A stretch of 64,000 nucleotides of DNA, from the NCBI GenBank assembly GCA_904063045.1, contig CAJFCJ010000004.1:1791713-1855712 (forward strand), given 5' to 3'. The position numbers were made by a program, and so were the translations under genes. The DNA is from Dimorphilus gyrociliatus (Eukaryota > Animalia > Annelida). Below the pieces are notes generated by a model, which was given only the letters and a program-made list of their open reading frames with translations, made no database searches and had not been told where the DNA came from. Numbering within the stretch: position 1 is the first letter of the stretch; each line of letters starts with the position of its first letter. Shown here piece by piece: positions 11,289 to 23,336 of this stretch.

Positions 11289-14200
11289 TTAAGCGTTTGA
11301 TTCGGTTTCATCATACATTTTTGACCTTCTTGGCTTTCTCGACCCTTCTTCTTTCCCTCCACTAATTTTTTTAATATTATCATTTAAAAGTAATATTAAC
11401 ATACATTTTAAATTAAACTTAAAAATAAATATATACCCATTCCTTTTCTTTTTCTTACTGCTGTCGACTGGAACAGAGACGATTTTAAAAGTATCCGACG
11501 AAGAACCAACAGCAACGTGCTGGAAAAATGTTCAAGTTTTGTTTGTTTATTTGTTCTTATTATAATAATTAATTTTAATTATTTAATATTAATTAAATTA
11601 ATTTACCTTTTGATTTTCCTCGTACTCTTCATCGTCAAATTCTTCATCGTTCTTGCTGAACTTTTCGAACTCTTAATTTGTTTTTAAGTAAAGGTCATCA
11701 AATTGAATATAACCCATCAATGAAATAAAATAGATAGTTTCGTCTTACCTTCAGGCGTGGCAACATAATTGACTGGAAAGAATCCTTGAGCACCATCTAT
11801 TTCTCCCATCCACCAATTATCGGTATCTTTGTATATAACAGCAATAGAATCTCCCTTTTGGAAAGATATTTCGTCGGAGCGCTGAGCTTTATAGTCGTAT
11901 AAAGCAATAACCTAGAAAATAAAGATATTTTTTAGATTCCATTAGCTCATATTCTTATGATCATATTGATAAATAATGCAATTCAAATTCTTTTCAAAGG
12001 CCAAACAAGATGCAACTAATGTAAAATCTCTTCAACATGGAATAGTTCATGCATGGTACTAATTTATCATATGCATTCTATGCACAAATTCATATCTAAC
12101 TAAACTATATCAACAGACCTGATATTTTTGATGCTGTAATTAACAATATAATTAAGTGAAAGAATATCGTTAAACATAATGCTATTCATATCAAGTATAC
12201 AGCAAACAGTTTTACTGGAATACTGTGAGAAAAACCTGTTGAAAGATTAATTATCTTACCGTTTCATCTTCTCTTTTTACGGTAGTAACAGTAAATTCAG
12301 CTTTGCCTTCTTTTGTCTTCAGAAATGAGAGAATAAAAGATTCATAAGGGAAAATAAAATAATACTTAATACAAACCAAATTCATAGATATTTCTGGTGA
12401 AAACGGATTACGCGCAACAGAACCCCTTCTAGTAACTGAAATATTTATTAATAGAAGAAAGACATGAATTATTCACTAAAGCTTATTAGTTATTTTATTG
12501 CTAACCTGAAGTGAATCCGGGCTTCCACGATCCATAAGAGTCAGCAGCATGATGAACATCAGCCTGAATGATTCTATGATGCGGCTGCGGAGGGAATTGC
12601 GATGGAAGAGGACTCTATTTTAATGAATATGGAAAGAGATGTAATCTCTTAGTTATTTACATACGGAAAGAATCATTGAAAAATAAAACTGAGTTCATTT
12701 AAACGATAATCATTCATTAACTATAAAATATATGAATATAGCAGGCGAAAAATAAGGAAAAGTAGCATAAGAAAGTGAAAAAAAATTATCCTAATTTTAT
12801 ATATAGCTATATAAACTTAAGAATGTAAATCATTTTATCCAAAAAAAATGCAAAAAGTGACGATTTAAGCAGTTTATTCGTGCTTAGCTACCTGTCTACC
12901 GGATAGAGGACGGCCTAATTGTTTTATATTCTGTTTTATTTTTTTCAATCAAGGAAAAAGAAAAGTTAAAAATTGAAAAGAAAAAATTTTATATGATCTA
13001 ACGTCAATTTATTTGTTATTAGATAGATTTGAAAGAATTGAGTTTACTTACAGTCATCATACGACTCTGATATGCGTCTATTGTTGATCCAAGAGTATTC
13101 AAGCCATCACTTTGTATAGAGTCACGATCGAACGTTAAAGATTTTCGATAACCACCCGATTTAAATTGCTATTAGATGTAATGTTTGTGTATATTATATA
13201 TAAATTGGTAAACAATACGAGCTTTTACCGATACGGCGTCAACTCTCTTATTTATTTTTTCCCATCTCATTTTTGCGGAGGTGTCCATCTCCTCTTTCAG
13301 CAGAATTGTTCGACTGCGGGCAGTCGAGATTCTAAAATACAATTAAGTCATATAGTATATATACAGTTAAAATAAAGATATGGTAATATACCTATCATAT
13401 TCATCTTCTGTATCTGTGGGAGCGGTTTGATGCAACATTGGCGATTTAGCTCTCATTGATAATTTCTTTCTCTGTAGGCTCTGAAGTCTTTCCACGCCAG
13501 AATTTTCTCGGGCAACTAGAATTTATAAGCAATTATAGTAGTTCATTTATTTTGTTAATTATAAGAAAAAATACCTTCACTATCATATTTATAAATAAGA
13601 ACCGGATGATTCTCACCAAAAGCACAAAATGCAACAATGTGGTCGTGTGGATGATAATCAACGTCACTAACAGGTTTTACATAGTTTAAATCGGTGTACG
13701 AAGCAATCTGATCTCCTTTTGTGGTTGTAATTGAAAAATTATAAGTTTCTACATGATATTTTGGTGATTTCCATTTACCTGTATCACTATTCCAAACGTA
13801 GGCTGCTGAATTTTCGGACCCGCCAAAAACAAAGGTACCACATGGTGAAAAACAACTACCAATTTGTTCTTTAAAATTTAGGCTTCCAACAAATCTTTGA
13901 GTTACTTTTAATCTATTAGAGGTAAAACATTGCTATGGTGACGTTCAACGAAATTAGGCTTATGCTAAAAAAACTTTACTGACAGTCTTAGATCTATCAA
14001 TCTGATCATGTTATCACGTGTGTGTACTAATAATTTCCGACCTGAAGGATGGAGTCTTATTCGATTAACAGTTTTTCCCTAAAACGAGATAAACAAATTA
14101 AATGCTATCACGCAAACTAACACAATGGGATAGTACCTTAATCTCATCCATATTTATATCATCTTTTAATGTCCAATCTCTTGTAACACCTGCAAACATT

Positions 14201-17200
14201 CAAAAAACGCAATGGCCAATTGATATTCTATTGAAAATTTTGTTACCATTTTTCGAGGGAACTTCTGTTACGTAGACATTCCATTTACGAATATTTCCCA
14301 AGCCATCGGAAGAAAACATCACCCTCCCATCTTCATCGAAACATATGCAGTTAACGTGACTGACGTGTGGATCAAGTTCTTGAATCAACTGAATTAAACA
14401 TTTGAATTGTATGGAATGAACTCGTAAGCTTAATAATGAATTACTTACTGTCCCATTCACACCTGAGCCTGCTATCGACCATACCCGAATAATATTATCG
14501 AAGCCTCCCGTCACAATGATCGATGGAACTCTCGGATGGAATAGTGCTGTGTAAACAAAGTTTGGATGGGGAAGAACTTTACATGGTTCTGATTTCATTT
14601 CCTCTATATCCCAAACTCTATCAATTTAAATTTATATTTATAGTGTTATATGTCAATTACCACAATAAAAAATGAATTTTTACCTGACAGTACAATCGGA
14701 AGATGCTGATACCAAAAGTTTACTGTTATGAGACCAGGCAGTAGAATAGACTAGGCCGAAATGACCATTAAAATATCCTCGTAATTGGCCCCCCGGTAAC
14801 TAATATCAATAGAAAATTAATCGCCATTGGCTTATTTAAACTTTAACCTACCTCGTAAATGTAAAGGGGATAAGAATTTCCATCTTTACAGGCGCAAGCT
14901 AAACTTAGCCCATTAGGTGAAAATTTTAGTGTATAACATCCTCCTTTAGTATCAGACAATGAGATATCTAGACGATTTGGTATTCGGCATATTTGCCCTG
15001 GAAGACGAGACCATAGAACGGCCATTGACTTTGAAGCCTTTAACTTTGAAGGATCATATTTATCAAGATCTCTTAATGCTTGAGATCCTTCTTCCTAAAT
15101 ATTTCATTGATAATCGATTATACTATAATTTCTAGGCCCGATGGTTATGTTACCTTTTGAATTGCATATTTCGAACGAGATGAAGCTGGGACTTCTCTTG
15201 GAAGTTCCATACCGTACACAGTAACATATAAAGTAGATGGATAAACCATTCTTTGACCACTTTTCCACCATAAATAAACCTAAAATAGCACAGTAAATAA
15301 AAATACCTCTGAAGTGATAATTTATACGAACATCGGGAACTTTTGATCGACTTCTCATATTAGACGGTTTGTAAAGTTGAAGGCGAACTTTTTTATTTGT
15401 ATTTAATTTATTATTAGCACCGCAAATCTATTGAATAAATTAAACCATCAATATATAATACAATCAATAGACCTTACTGTATACCTTAAGAAAACCCCAA
15501 GCTATTCTATGCCATCCTTTTTCTCTTCCAGCAGGTGTGTAGCGATTAGATGCTGATGCCATACTAACGAAATCTAGTAACTTTTTAAATAAGTCATTTA
15601 ATTGAATTTTTCTATTTTAGATGGAATTAATTAACTTTCTTACTTCAAAGAATATAATACATTGATCATTCAGAAACCAATTAAAATTTTCATTGAAGAC
15701 GAGTCGTTCCTCCCATTTCGGTATAAAAGATCTATTATAGTTATCATATTCATTATCATATATCTTCTTCGGTACGATAATAATAATAATAATAATAATG
15801 AACTAACCTATTTTGTTTAAAATCAAACTTTTCAGTCATCATTGGTAAAACAAAATCTATATTTTCATTTTCAGTTTCGTTAAAGTATGTAACAGCTCTA
15901 TCCCTATTTTAAAGAGATTTAATTAGAAATTTCTCATTAGCATCCTGTCATTAATTATTATTTACTTGTGCTGCTTCTTAAAACAATCTCCGGTTTCTGT
16001 ATTTAGAATTGATACACGAATAACTGGATGTCGAATATAAAAATCCACCTGATTCGAATGTAAATATTATTTAATATTAAAATATACGCATTAATAAAAC
16101 TTATCCTAATTTAATATACCTTAAGTTGATCTGTTTTGTGTACAAACACGCATAAAGAGTATCCTTCGTCAGGTATAGCTACTTCTGGTGGAACTTGCTC
16201 CTCTTCAGCTTCTTCCTTATCCTGATCTTCTATAGCTTCATTCGAGGCTCCTTCCTCTCCGTCGACTTGATCTATATAGATTAATGCATTCATTTCAATA
16301 GCGTTCCTTACAAAGTGTTAGGATGTAGCAAACCTTCCGGCTTCTTTCGCCTTTTCTTTTTTCTTCTTTTCTTTCCTTCTGTTTCTGTTTCAGTATTTTC
16401 GTTTGTTTCTTCTGTTGGACCCTCTTCATCATTTGCTTTAGGCTTTGGTTTTGATCTTCTTCTTGGTTTTTCACTGTCTTCGGTTGTAAATTTTCTTAAA
16501 TATTGAGAGTAAGTTATAAATGATCGCAACGGATTAGAATTGAATATTACTCTGTCCCTTCGTCAGTTTCTACTGTTTTCTTCTTTCTACGCGGCTTCTT
16601 CTTAACTTCATCTTCGTAAATGATACCATTTTCGGTTCCTTATGAAAATAATTACGTTAATTAATTGATATCTAGAGCTAGCGCATTAAAATAGCGCTTA
16701 TAAACTTATTTACTGTTACTCTTTTCAGTTTTTCTAGTATATTGATCATCCTCTGGATTAAACGTGTTAGCATCAATTGTATCGTCTCTTTCTTTAGCTA
16801 ATGTAGCACTATTCCTGAGGTTTTGTAACTGTTCAAAAAGTTTTTGATTTAAGAAAAGACCGGTTTTAATTGAAAATATCTAAATGAAGCAAACCATTAT
16901 TTCTTCTTCTTTCTTCTTCTTTTTTTTCCTTTTCATTCTGATATAGAATTTTTTTTATTTTATTCTATTAACTAGTAGAAAATTAGAATATATCTTACTT
17001 TGAATTTTTCTCACTTTCTTGTACCACATTTCGTAGCATCTCATCAATTTCTTGTTTGTCATCTGTTGAAATGATTTAAATTTTAAAATTTGGCACCTAA
17101 AAATGTGGTTAGAATTACTGATAAGAGGTTTTGAACTCTCTTTTCTTGCCCCTCTCGATCGCCTTTGAGGAACTAATAGTTAAAGGGAAAATATAAAATC

Positions 17201-17419
17201 GTGTTAGAAAAGTAATACATGTTCAAACAAGCTTGAAAATTATAAAGTTGAAGAAAATTATAAAACATATGTATTAAATAACTTGTTATATAAAATATAA
17301 AAATGAGTATGAAATGATAACAATTTTTAAACTGTTGATGTATTAAAACATTAAGTAATTAATAGTTTTTTTTTCAAATAAATATTAAAAAATATTTCGA
17401 ACTAACCATCGTCCGCCAT
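11289..17419 (-). CDS. AHI1: Jouberin / Abelson helper integration site 1 (charged N-terminus, C2-like region, WD40 repeats, SH3), multi-exon
   Basis: Start ATGGCGGACGATG|GTTAGT at 17419. WD40 exons include LPHPNFVYTALFHP and GHFGLVYSTAWSHNSKLLVSASSDCT. The SH3 exon VIALYDYKAQRSDEISFQKGD...WWMGEIDGAQGFFPVNYV lies at about 11750-11911. The last exon ends ...ETESNA* at 11289. Confidence 0.92.
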
Positions 17420-17482
17420 TTTTGTTTTTATGCTCCGCACTAAAAATTCTTTCGCGGTCGATTCGTAATAGTGAAAGATTTC

Positions 17483-17495
17483 ACGCCATCTATGG
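17483..17495 (-). promoter_or_regulatory. CTCF-like motif (CCATAGATGGCGT) in the AHI1/lachesin-1 bidirectional promoter
   Basis: Matches the AG(A/G)(G/T)GGCG core; related motifs recur at other promoters (see findings). Confidence 0.4.
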
Positions 17496-17580
17496 TTTAC
17501 CTGAATGGTCACGTGATATCCACCAGGTAAAGGACTGGCAATATATATTTTATCTGAGTTTTTATCAGCATGATATAAAG

Positions 17581-18835
17581 ATGATTTTTAATCAAAATAT
17601 ACTTCTGTTACTTGCTTATCTTATCGGTTCCGGTGAGTGGATGCTAAGATGTTCTAGTACTCATTTAGTAACGTTAACATCTCTGTTTTTTAGTCCGACT
17701 ACAAGAACTTCCTAGGATAACTAAAAAAATTCTACCTGAGATAAAACGTCTTGGCGAAACTGGAATGTTAAATTGCACAGGTAAGACATCTTACAAGGTG
17801 ATTTTGATGACTTTTATAATCTATTGCTTCTTATGATTAGTCGCAAGACAAGGCAGTAACATGGTAAGCTGGATTCGACCTAAGAAAGATCAAATTACCG
17901 AAAATGATAAGATTTCAATAGAAGAACACTTGAATACAATTGTTGATGGGTGGCCGAAATATAGCGTCTACCTAAATGTGCGCGGAGACCAAAGAACATA
18001 CACACTCGTTGTTAGACGACTTATAACAAATGACAATGGAACATATACTTGCAGGGTAGATGTTAGAAATGGAGATCAGTACGTTTCCACAGAAGGTCAT
18101 ATGATTGTACTTCTCGCTCCGGCTATTGACATGACGAGAACATCAGCAACCGTAATAGTTCAAGAAGGAGAATCAACAGTGCTAAGTTGTGCTGCAACAG
18201 GCTACCCTTACCCAAATATAACTTGGATCAGAACTAATGGCAGAAACTTACCTAAGCCATACAATAAATATTCTCATAAAGGGAATACTTTGACACTTAG
18301 CAACGCACAAAAAGAGGCAAGAGGTGTCTACAGATGTATAGCTGATAATAATGTAATTCCTACCGCTAAGCAAGACATCACTGTCTATGTAAAGTTTAGA
18401 CCTTCGGCCAAAGCCGTACAGACTTCATATGGTCAAATGCAAAATATGTTTTTGGATGTTACTATTCAGTGTATAGTAGCTGGATACCCTCAGCCCGAAT
18501 TGAAATGGTGGAAACGTACCGCTGGTGGAAGAGAAGAGATAAAAAATGATGCCAAGCACGCCATAGAAGTTATTCATTCTCACGGTCAAACATTGGGCGT
18601 TAGTGAATACTGGCTAAGTTTGTTAATCAGAATTGTAACAGCGAATGATTATGGAGAATATGAATGTGAAGGAACGAACGAATATGGAAAAGGATTTGCA
18701 GTTGTAGAAGTATACGAAACTTCTGAATGTCAAGGAGCTAATTGTATTTTAAGTGATGATAAAAGTTCCATGGCAACTAGAACTTATTTTAGTGCTTTTT
18801 TTTTGTTTATAACCTTGCTTGTTTGTTTAATATGA
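17581..18835 (+). CDS. Lachesin-like cell adhesion protein 1 (signal peptide, 3 Ig domains, likely GPI anchor)
   Basis: Exons 17581-17632, 17694-17780 and 17841-18835 splice in phase 1. Three Ig Cys pairs, a lachesin-type ETSECQGANC motif after Ig3, and a hydrophobic C-terminal tail. Confidence 0.85.
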
Positions 18836-18918
18836 TATGATGTTTTTTTAACTATATAACTTGCATAATGTGTTTTTTATTCAGTTTTTTATAAATACAG
18901 AAATTTTAAAGTTTTCAA

Positions 18919-19926
18919 TCATAAATCATTCTTTAACTTTACTTCCTTCTCAACAAAGTAATAAGTTCCATCTTCATTAGTGCCTGACATAGAGTTAAGT
19001 TGTATTGTGTCTACTCTTTCTACACCAAAGTTAATTTCATCCTCTTTGTACTTTATCCAAGATTCTTCTGGTATTTTATACTTTAACTCTTTTTTTTGGT
19101 AAGAATAACAATTTAATATTAATATTTTAAAAGAATCTTACATAGTAATATACAGACTTTTTTGATATTTTTTAGCAGCTTTACTTATCTTCATTATTGT
19201 TAAATGAGGTTGAAATTCTTGTTTACCGCTTACATTCAGGCCATTTTCTTCGAAATGATTCTTTAAGTCATCTTTCAAATGCAAATTACTAATCAGATAT
19301 TTATAAACATATAAATATTTCTTATTCAACTAACTGCGTAATGTTTTCAATTTATTAAAATCGTCATTATCCTTATTGATATCCGCAAAGACAACATTCT
19401 TTCCAAAGTTATTAATATTTTGAACAGTGAATTGTAAACTTTCGGGAAATTTTTCAAAGGATGAAAGCACTTCTTTAGCTCTATTTTAATATTTTAAACA
19501 CTTTTTAGAATTTCTTTTTCAACTTCTTTGCCTTACTTAAAATAAATATATTCTGTGTACATACTTTTCTATATCGTTCTCGTTAGGTAAGTGCATAACA
19601 AAAAGAGTCACGTGACTCTTCGATGGTAAAACCATAACTTTTTCTAACACTGGCAACTTTTGTTTAATTTCGTTTTGAATGTTTGCTAACTTTTGTATTA
19701 TCTGATTGAAAAAGTGGAAAATGTAGACTTTTTAAGCGAAAAAATGGCATAATAAAATTCTTAGAAACCTCTTGATTATTAATTTGAACGGCAAGAAAGT
19801 GAGTTGGGGAAGATTTCGTCACTTTCTTATTCTTAACTTGTGGTGCTGCTGCATTGGAGTCGGAGTCTATGACAGAATTTTGTACATAGTTCACTATAAT
19901 TCTGAATCACAAATACCTTGAGACAT
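18919..19926 (-). CDS. AKAP7-like 2H phosphoesterase (2',5'-phosphodiesterase fold), 6 exons
   Basis: Spliced: MSQDSDS...SPTHFLAVQINNQEIIQKL...SHVTLFVM...FQPHLTIMKISK...FGVERVDTIQLNSMSGTNEDGTYYFVE...*. Both HxT motifs are present (19606-19614 and 19198-19206). Confidence 0.8.
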
Positions 19927-20231
19927 TATGCTTCTGTAGGAATAGGAACAACATACAAAATGACTTTTTTGACAAACTGATGGTAGTCTTTTGGTTGTTA
20001 CTATTGCAGGAAAATAAAATAAACCTATTAGTACGCCTCTGACTGATTGCATTTATTACCAGTTTATTCTAAAGATAAAATATAACACGCCCTCTATCGT
20101 GTTTTTTTTGTAATAAAACAAATTGGACAAAAAGTATATTAAAAGTCTTAAGAAAAGTTTGCAAAGACTTAAGAATTATAATACAATGAGTCATTAATAA
20201 TTTTTAAATTAAAGATATTGATTTTATATAA

Positions 20232-21787
20232 ATGGAACCTCCACCATCATCTCAGCTCTCTGAAGAAACATGGCAATATCTTCCGGATGATATTCTTATG
20301 ATAATCTTAAGTTATTTAAATGGCAGTGACTTGGCCTCAATAACAGGAACTTGTCAAAGATGGCGTAATTTTTTCCACAGTAAAAAGTTTTGGAAGAGTT
20401 TAACATTAACGATTAAAGAGGAAACAAATGATTCAGAGAGATTAGAGTTTGTATGCAGTCGAGTAAAAACTTGTAAACATTTAACAATAAGATGGCTATT
20501 TAATAGTGATTTTATAACTGTAATACCAAATTCAAGAATTTCTGGTCTAAGTATTCAAGCTAGAAACGTTTTAAAAATACTAAACTCAATGACAAACAAG
20601 ATAACTGAACTAAGACTAAGATTGTTAGATACTCAAGAGGCTTTTCATTCGGATTTTTTTCTTGAAGCATCAATAATCATTGCAAAATTCTTAAGAACAG
20701 TGAATAATCTTCAAATCTTAAGTTTTGGTTGTAATCCATTTCTAGTAAACAAAAGTATGATAACTTGTCTTAATTCTTCAAGTTTGACAAACTTAACAGA
20801 GTTGAATATAGCAACAATAAATCATATTACATGGAGGCTTAATCGTAAAAGATGTCAACATGTATTAGATTTAAATATGGGTATTGTCATTCATTAATAT
20901 TCATTAATATTCATTAATTACGCTATATACAGTATATTCATTTAAATGACATTTATCCATATAGTAAAATTAATGATTAAATTGAACAAATTAACGATTG
21001 ACTGGCAAGAAGTTACAGAAGATTTAATAAAACGTTTTATAAGATCTATATGTCCTTTAAAAAAGTTAATTATTTATATGCAATCTCACAATTGTATCAA
21101 TGCTAATCATCCTACTAAAAGCTTATGGTACGAGCTAGAATCCAGCAAGAAAACAGAAATAACTCTTGTATTTTGGAGTGGCATTCATCCAGATATGATC
21201 TGTCCATCGAGTAGGCTTATTTATCCTGTAGTTTGTCATAAGCTAATTGAATGCACTTATGTTGATACGAATTATTCAATGTTGTTGACAGCGCATAAAG
21301 ACTGTTTAAGAAATCAAATTTTTTGTTGCTTGAACAGAGATTGCGTTTATTTAGAAAATAGCGAAGAATTATGGGAATCAGCTATTCAGTGTAAAAACTT
21401 AGAGAATATTGTTATAATAGGACATTATTTAATTCCTTCTTCAATAAGGGCTATTGCAACGGCTTTTGCTCCCCATCTTAAACACTATTTAATTGCAGAT
21501 ACTTGTATAACTAAGGTAAATGAGCATGTCAGTCGACAGAGTACTTTTTAATTAATAAGTTCTGTTTAATTATTTAGGATAGCGATGATAATTTAATGGA
21601 CAGCTATGCTCATATATCGGACGAAGAACTGGCGGTTTTAGCAAGTGATGTAAGTAAAAAATTGGAGAGAAGATGGAAGCCATTAAGAAAAGAAAGCCTA
21701 CCAAAAGAAATTGATTATTTTATAGACGATAACGATGAATATTTATTTGGTACTGTGCAAAAGAGAAAAAGAATATTGAACATTTAA
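20232..21787 (+). CDS. F-box/LRR-like protein (FBXL3/FBXL21/FBXO33-type), 3 exons
   Basis: N-terminal F-box (WQYLPDDILMIILSYL...TCQRWR). Approximate exons 20232-20880, 20965-21515 and 21578-21787. C-terminal DVSKKLERRWKP resembles FBXL3/21 EVSKHLGRVWFP. The intron 1 junction is inferred. Confidence 0.75.
20890..20918. repeat. About 3 tandem copies of TCATTAATAT inside F-box intron 1
   Basis: Read directly from the sequence. Confidence 0.8.
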
Positions 21788-22013
21788 TTATCAATCGATT
21801 TGTCATAATAAAAATCCAATTAATGTTTTGTGTTAGGCTAATTAATTAAATAGAAAAAGGGAATAACATGTTTTACCTTTTAGTTTGGCGGCCTATCAAT
21901 AGATATATTTAAATTAATTTAATAAATAACCTTTGGAATAGTCATCACTTGACACGATTTAAAAAAAAATCAATTGTTAGCAACAGCGATAGATCATACG
22001 GCAAAGTAAACAC

Positions 22014-22595
22014 ATGATGACAACATCTCAGACAACTATTAGACGGCAAAAGAAACTATTAAGACATATTGACGACTACTCAACGGATTATGGTCTAGAC
22101 AAACAATCTATTACGAACCTCGTAAACAACCTCAATTTAACCGATTGTGAAAAATTAACCACTATCAAAAGAAATTATGATTTACTTAAAGTTGACTTTC
22201 AAGTGGAAGGGTCTTACTACGAATACTCGGAAAGTCTACAATTTCGTTTAAGGCGACTTCTTAACGTATTAGAACCGGAACTAGTACGAATTGAAAGTGA
22301 GAAGAGAGAGCCGATTGATACAAATCAAGTTTGGATAGAGTTAAAGACTATTTTATTGGATACTTTAAGCATTGATAAAAAATTTATTGATATCCTTTAT
22401 AGAGATTCAGATTTCGGGTATTGTACGATAAATAATCTCCGGTCTAGGCCTAATCGAAAAGCAAAAGTCGAATATTTAATAAGTTTTTTGAGAAAATTTG
22501 GTATAGCAGGATTATATAAGTTGGCTGAATTTTGTAGGAAAGACGATCGCTACAATTTCATTGAAAGAATGATTATTAATCGCCTTAACGATTGA
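22014..22595 (+). CDS. Intronless 193-aa protein with a C-terminal CARD-like death-fold domain
   Basis: Clean ORF. The last about 90 aa follow the CARD helical pattern (LLDTL...IDILY...RKAKVEYLISFLRKFGIAGLYKLAEFCR). The N-terminal half is unrecognised. Confidence 0.6.
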   Translation: MMTTSQTTIRRQKKLLRHIDDYSTDYGLDKQSITNLVNNLNLTDCEKLTTIKRNYDLLKVDFQVEGSYYEYSESLQFRLRRLLNVLEPELVRIESEKREPIDTNQVWIELKTILLDTLSIDKKFIDILYRDSDFGYCTINNLRSRPNRKAKVEYLISFLRKFGIAGLYKLAEFCRKDDRYNFIERMIINRLND

Positions 22596-23336
22596 AATGA
22601 CTTATTGGACCATAACTGAATAATCTTATCAGTAATTTCAATTGTCAAGTTATTTCACAAAAGTTTATAAAGAGACTATCCTAATATATTCTTTCAATAG
22701 ACTAGAAAAAATACACACTCCATACCTAGATATGTAATAAGAGATTTCGATGAGTGATAATAAAGATATGATAAGAAATGAGATGTGAATAAGTATATAA
22801 TATGGTATATAACATATATTTATATACTATCATATATATATATATATACCGTATATATAAGCTTTTCTATTTTTTTTGCAATGCCACGTGAAAACAAAAA
22901 TTGTTTAAACAAACAAAACATATAAACTATATATATATATATATTTATATCATATGAAAATATATATATATATATATTAGTATATAGACTGTATGTATTT
23001 ATCATCATCATCGTCATAAAAAAAACAGTTTAACAGTTTCATTTTGTTTTTTTTTTCTCTTTTTTCCTTCCTTTTTCTCTCCTTCTTTAAAATGAAAGAC
23101 GAATTAATCTTAGCAGATAGATAATTTGCAATTAATGCCAATAAGGAACAAAAAAAAACATTAATCTTTCATATGTTTTAGCGTTTTGGATAATAAATTT
23201 CTCATGTTTAATAAATGTGAACTTTTTAAAAAAAGTCCATAAAGAAAATGTTTTTTACGCAGCAATTTCTTTTCTTATTTTCTTCTTTTTTTTAAGAGAA
23301 AACCAGTTATTTATTAGTAATACTAACAGAAAAAAA

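Noticed and set aside
19603-19620. Perfect 18-bp palindrome AAGAGTCACGTGACTCTT
   Set aside because: It lies inside coding sequence (K-S-H-V-T-L of the catalytic motif), is single-copy, and is most simply explained as coincidence.
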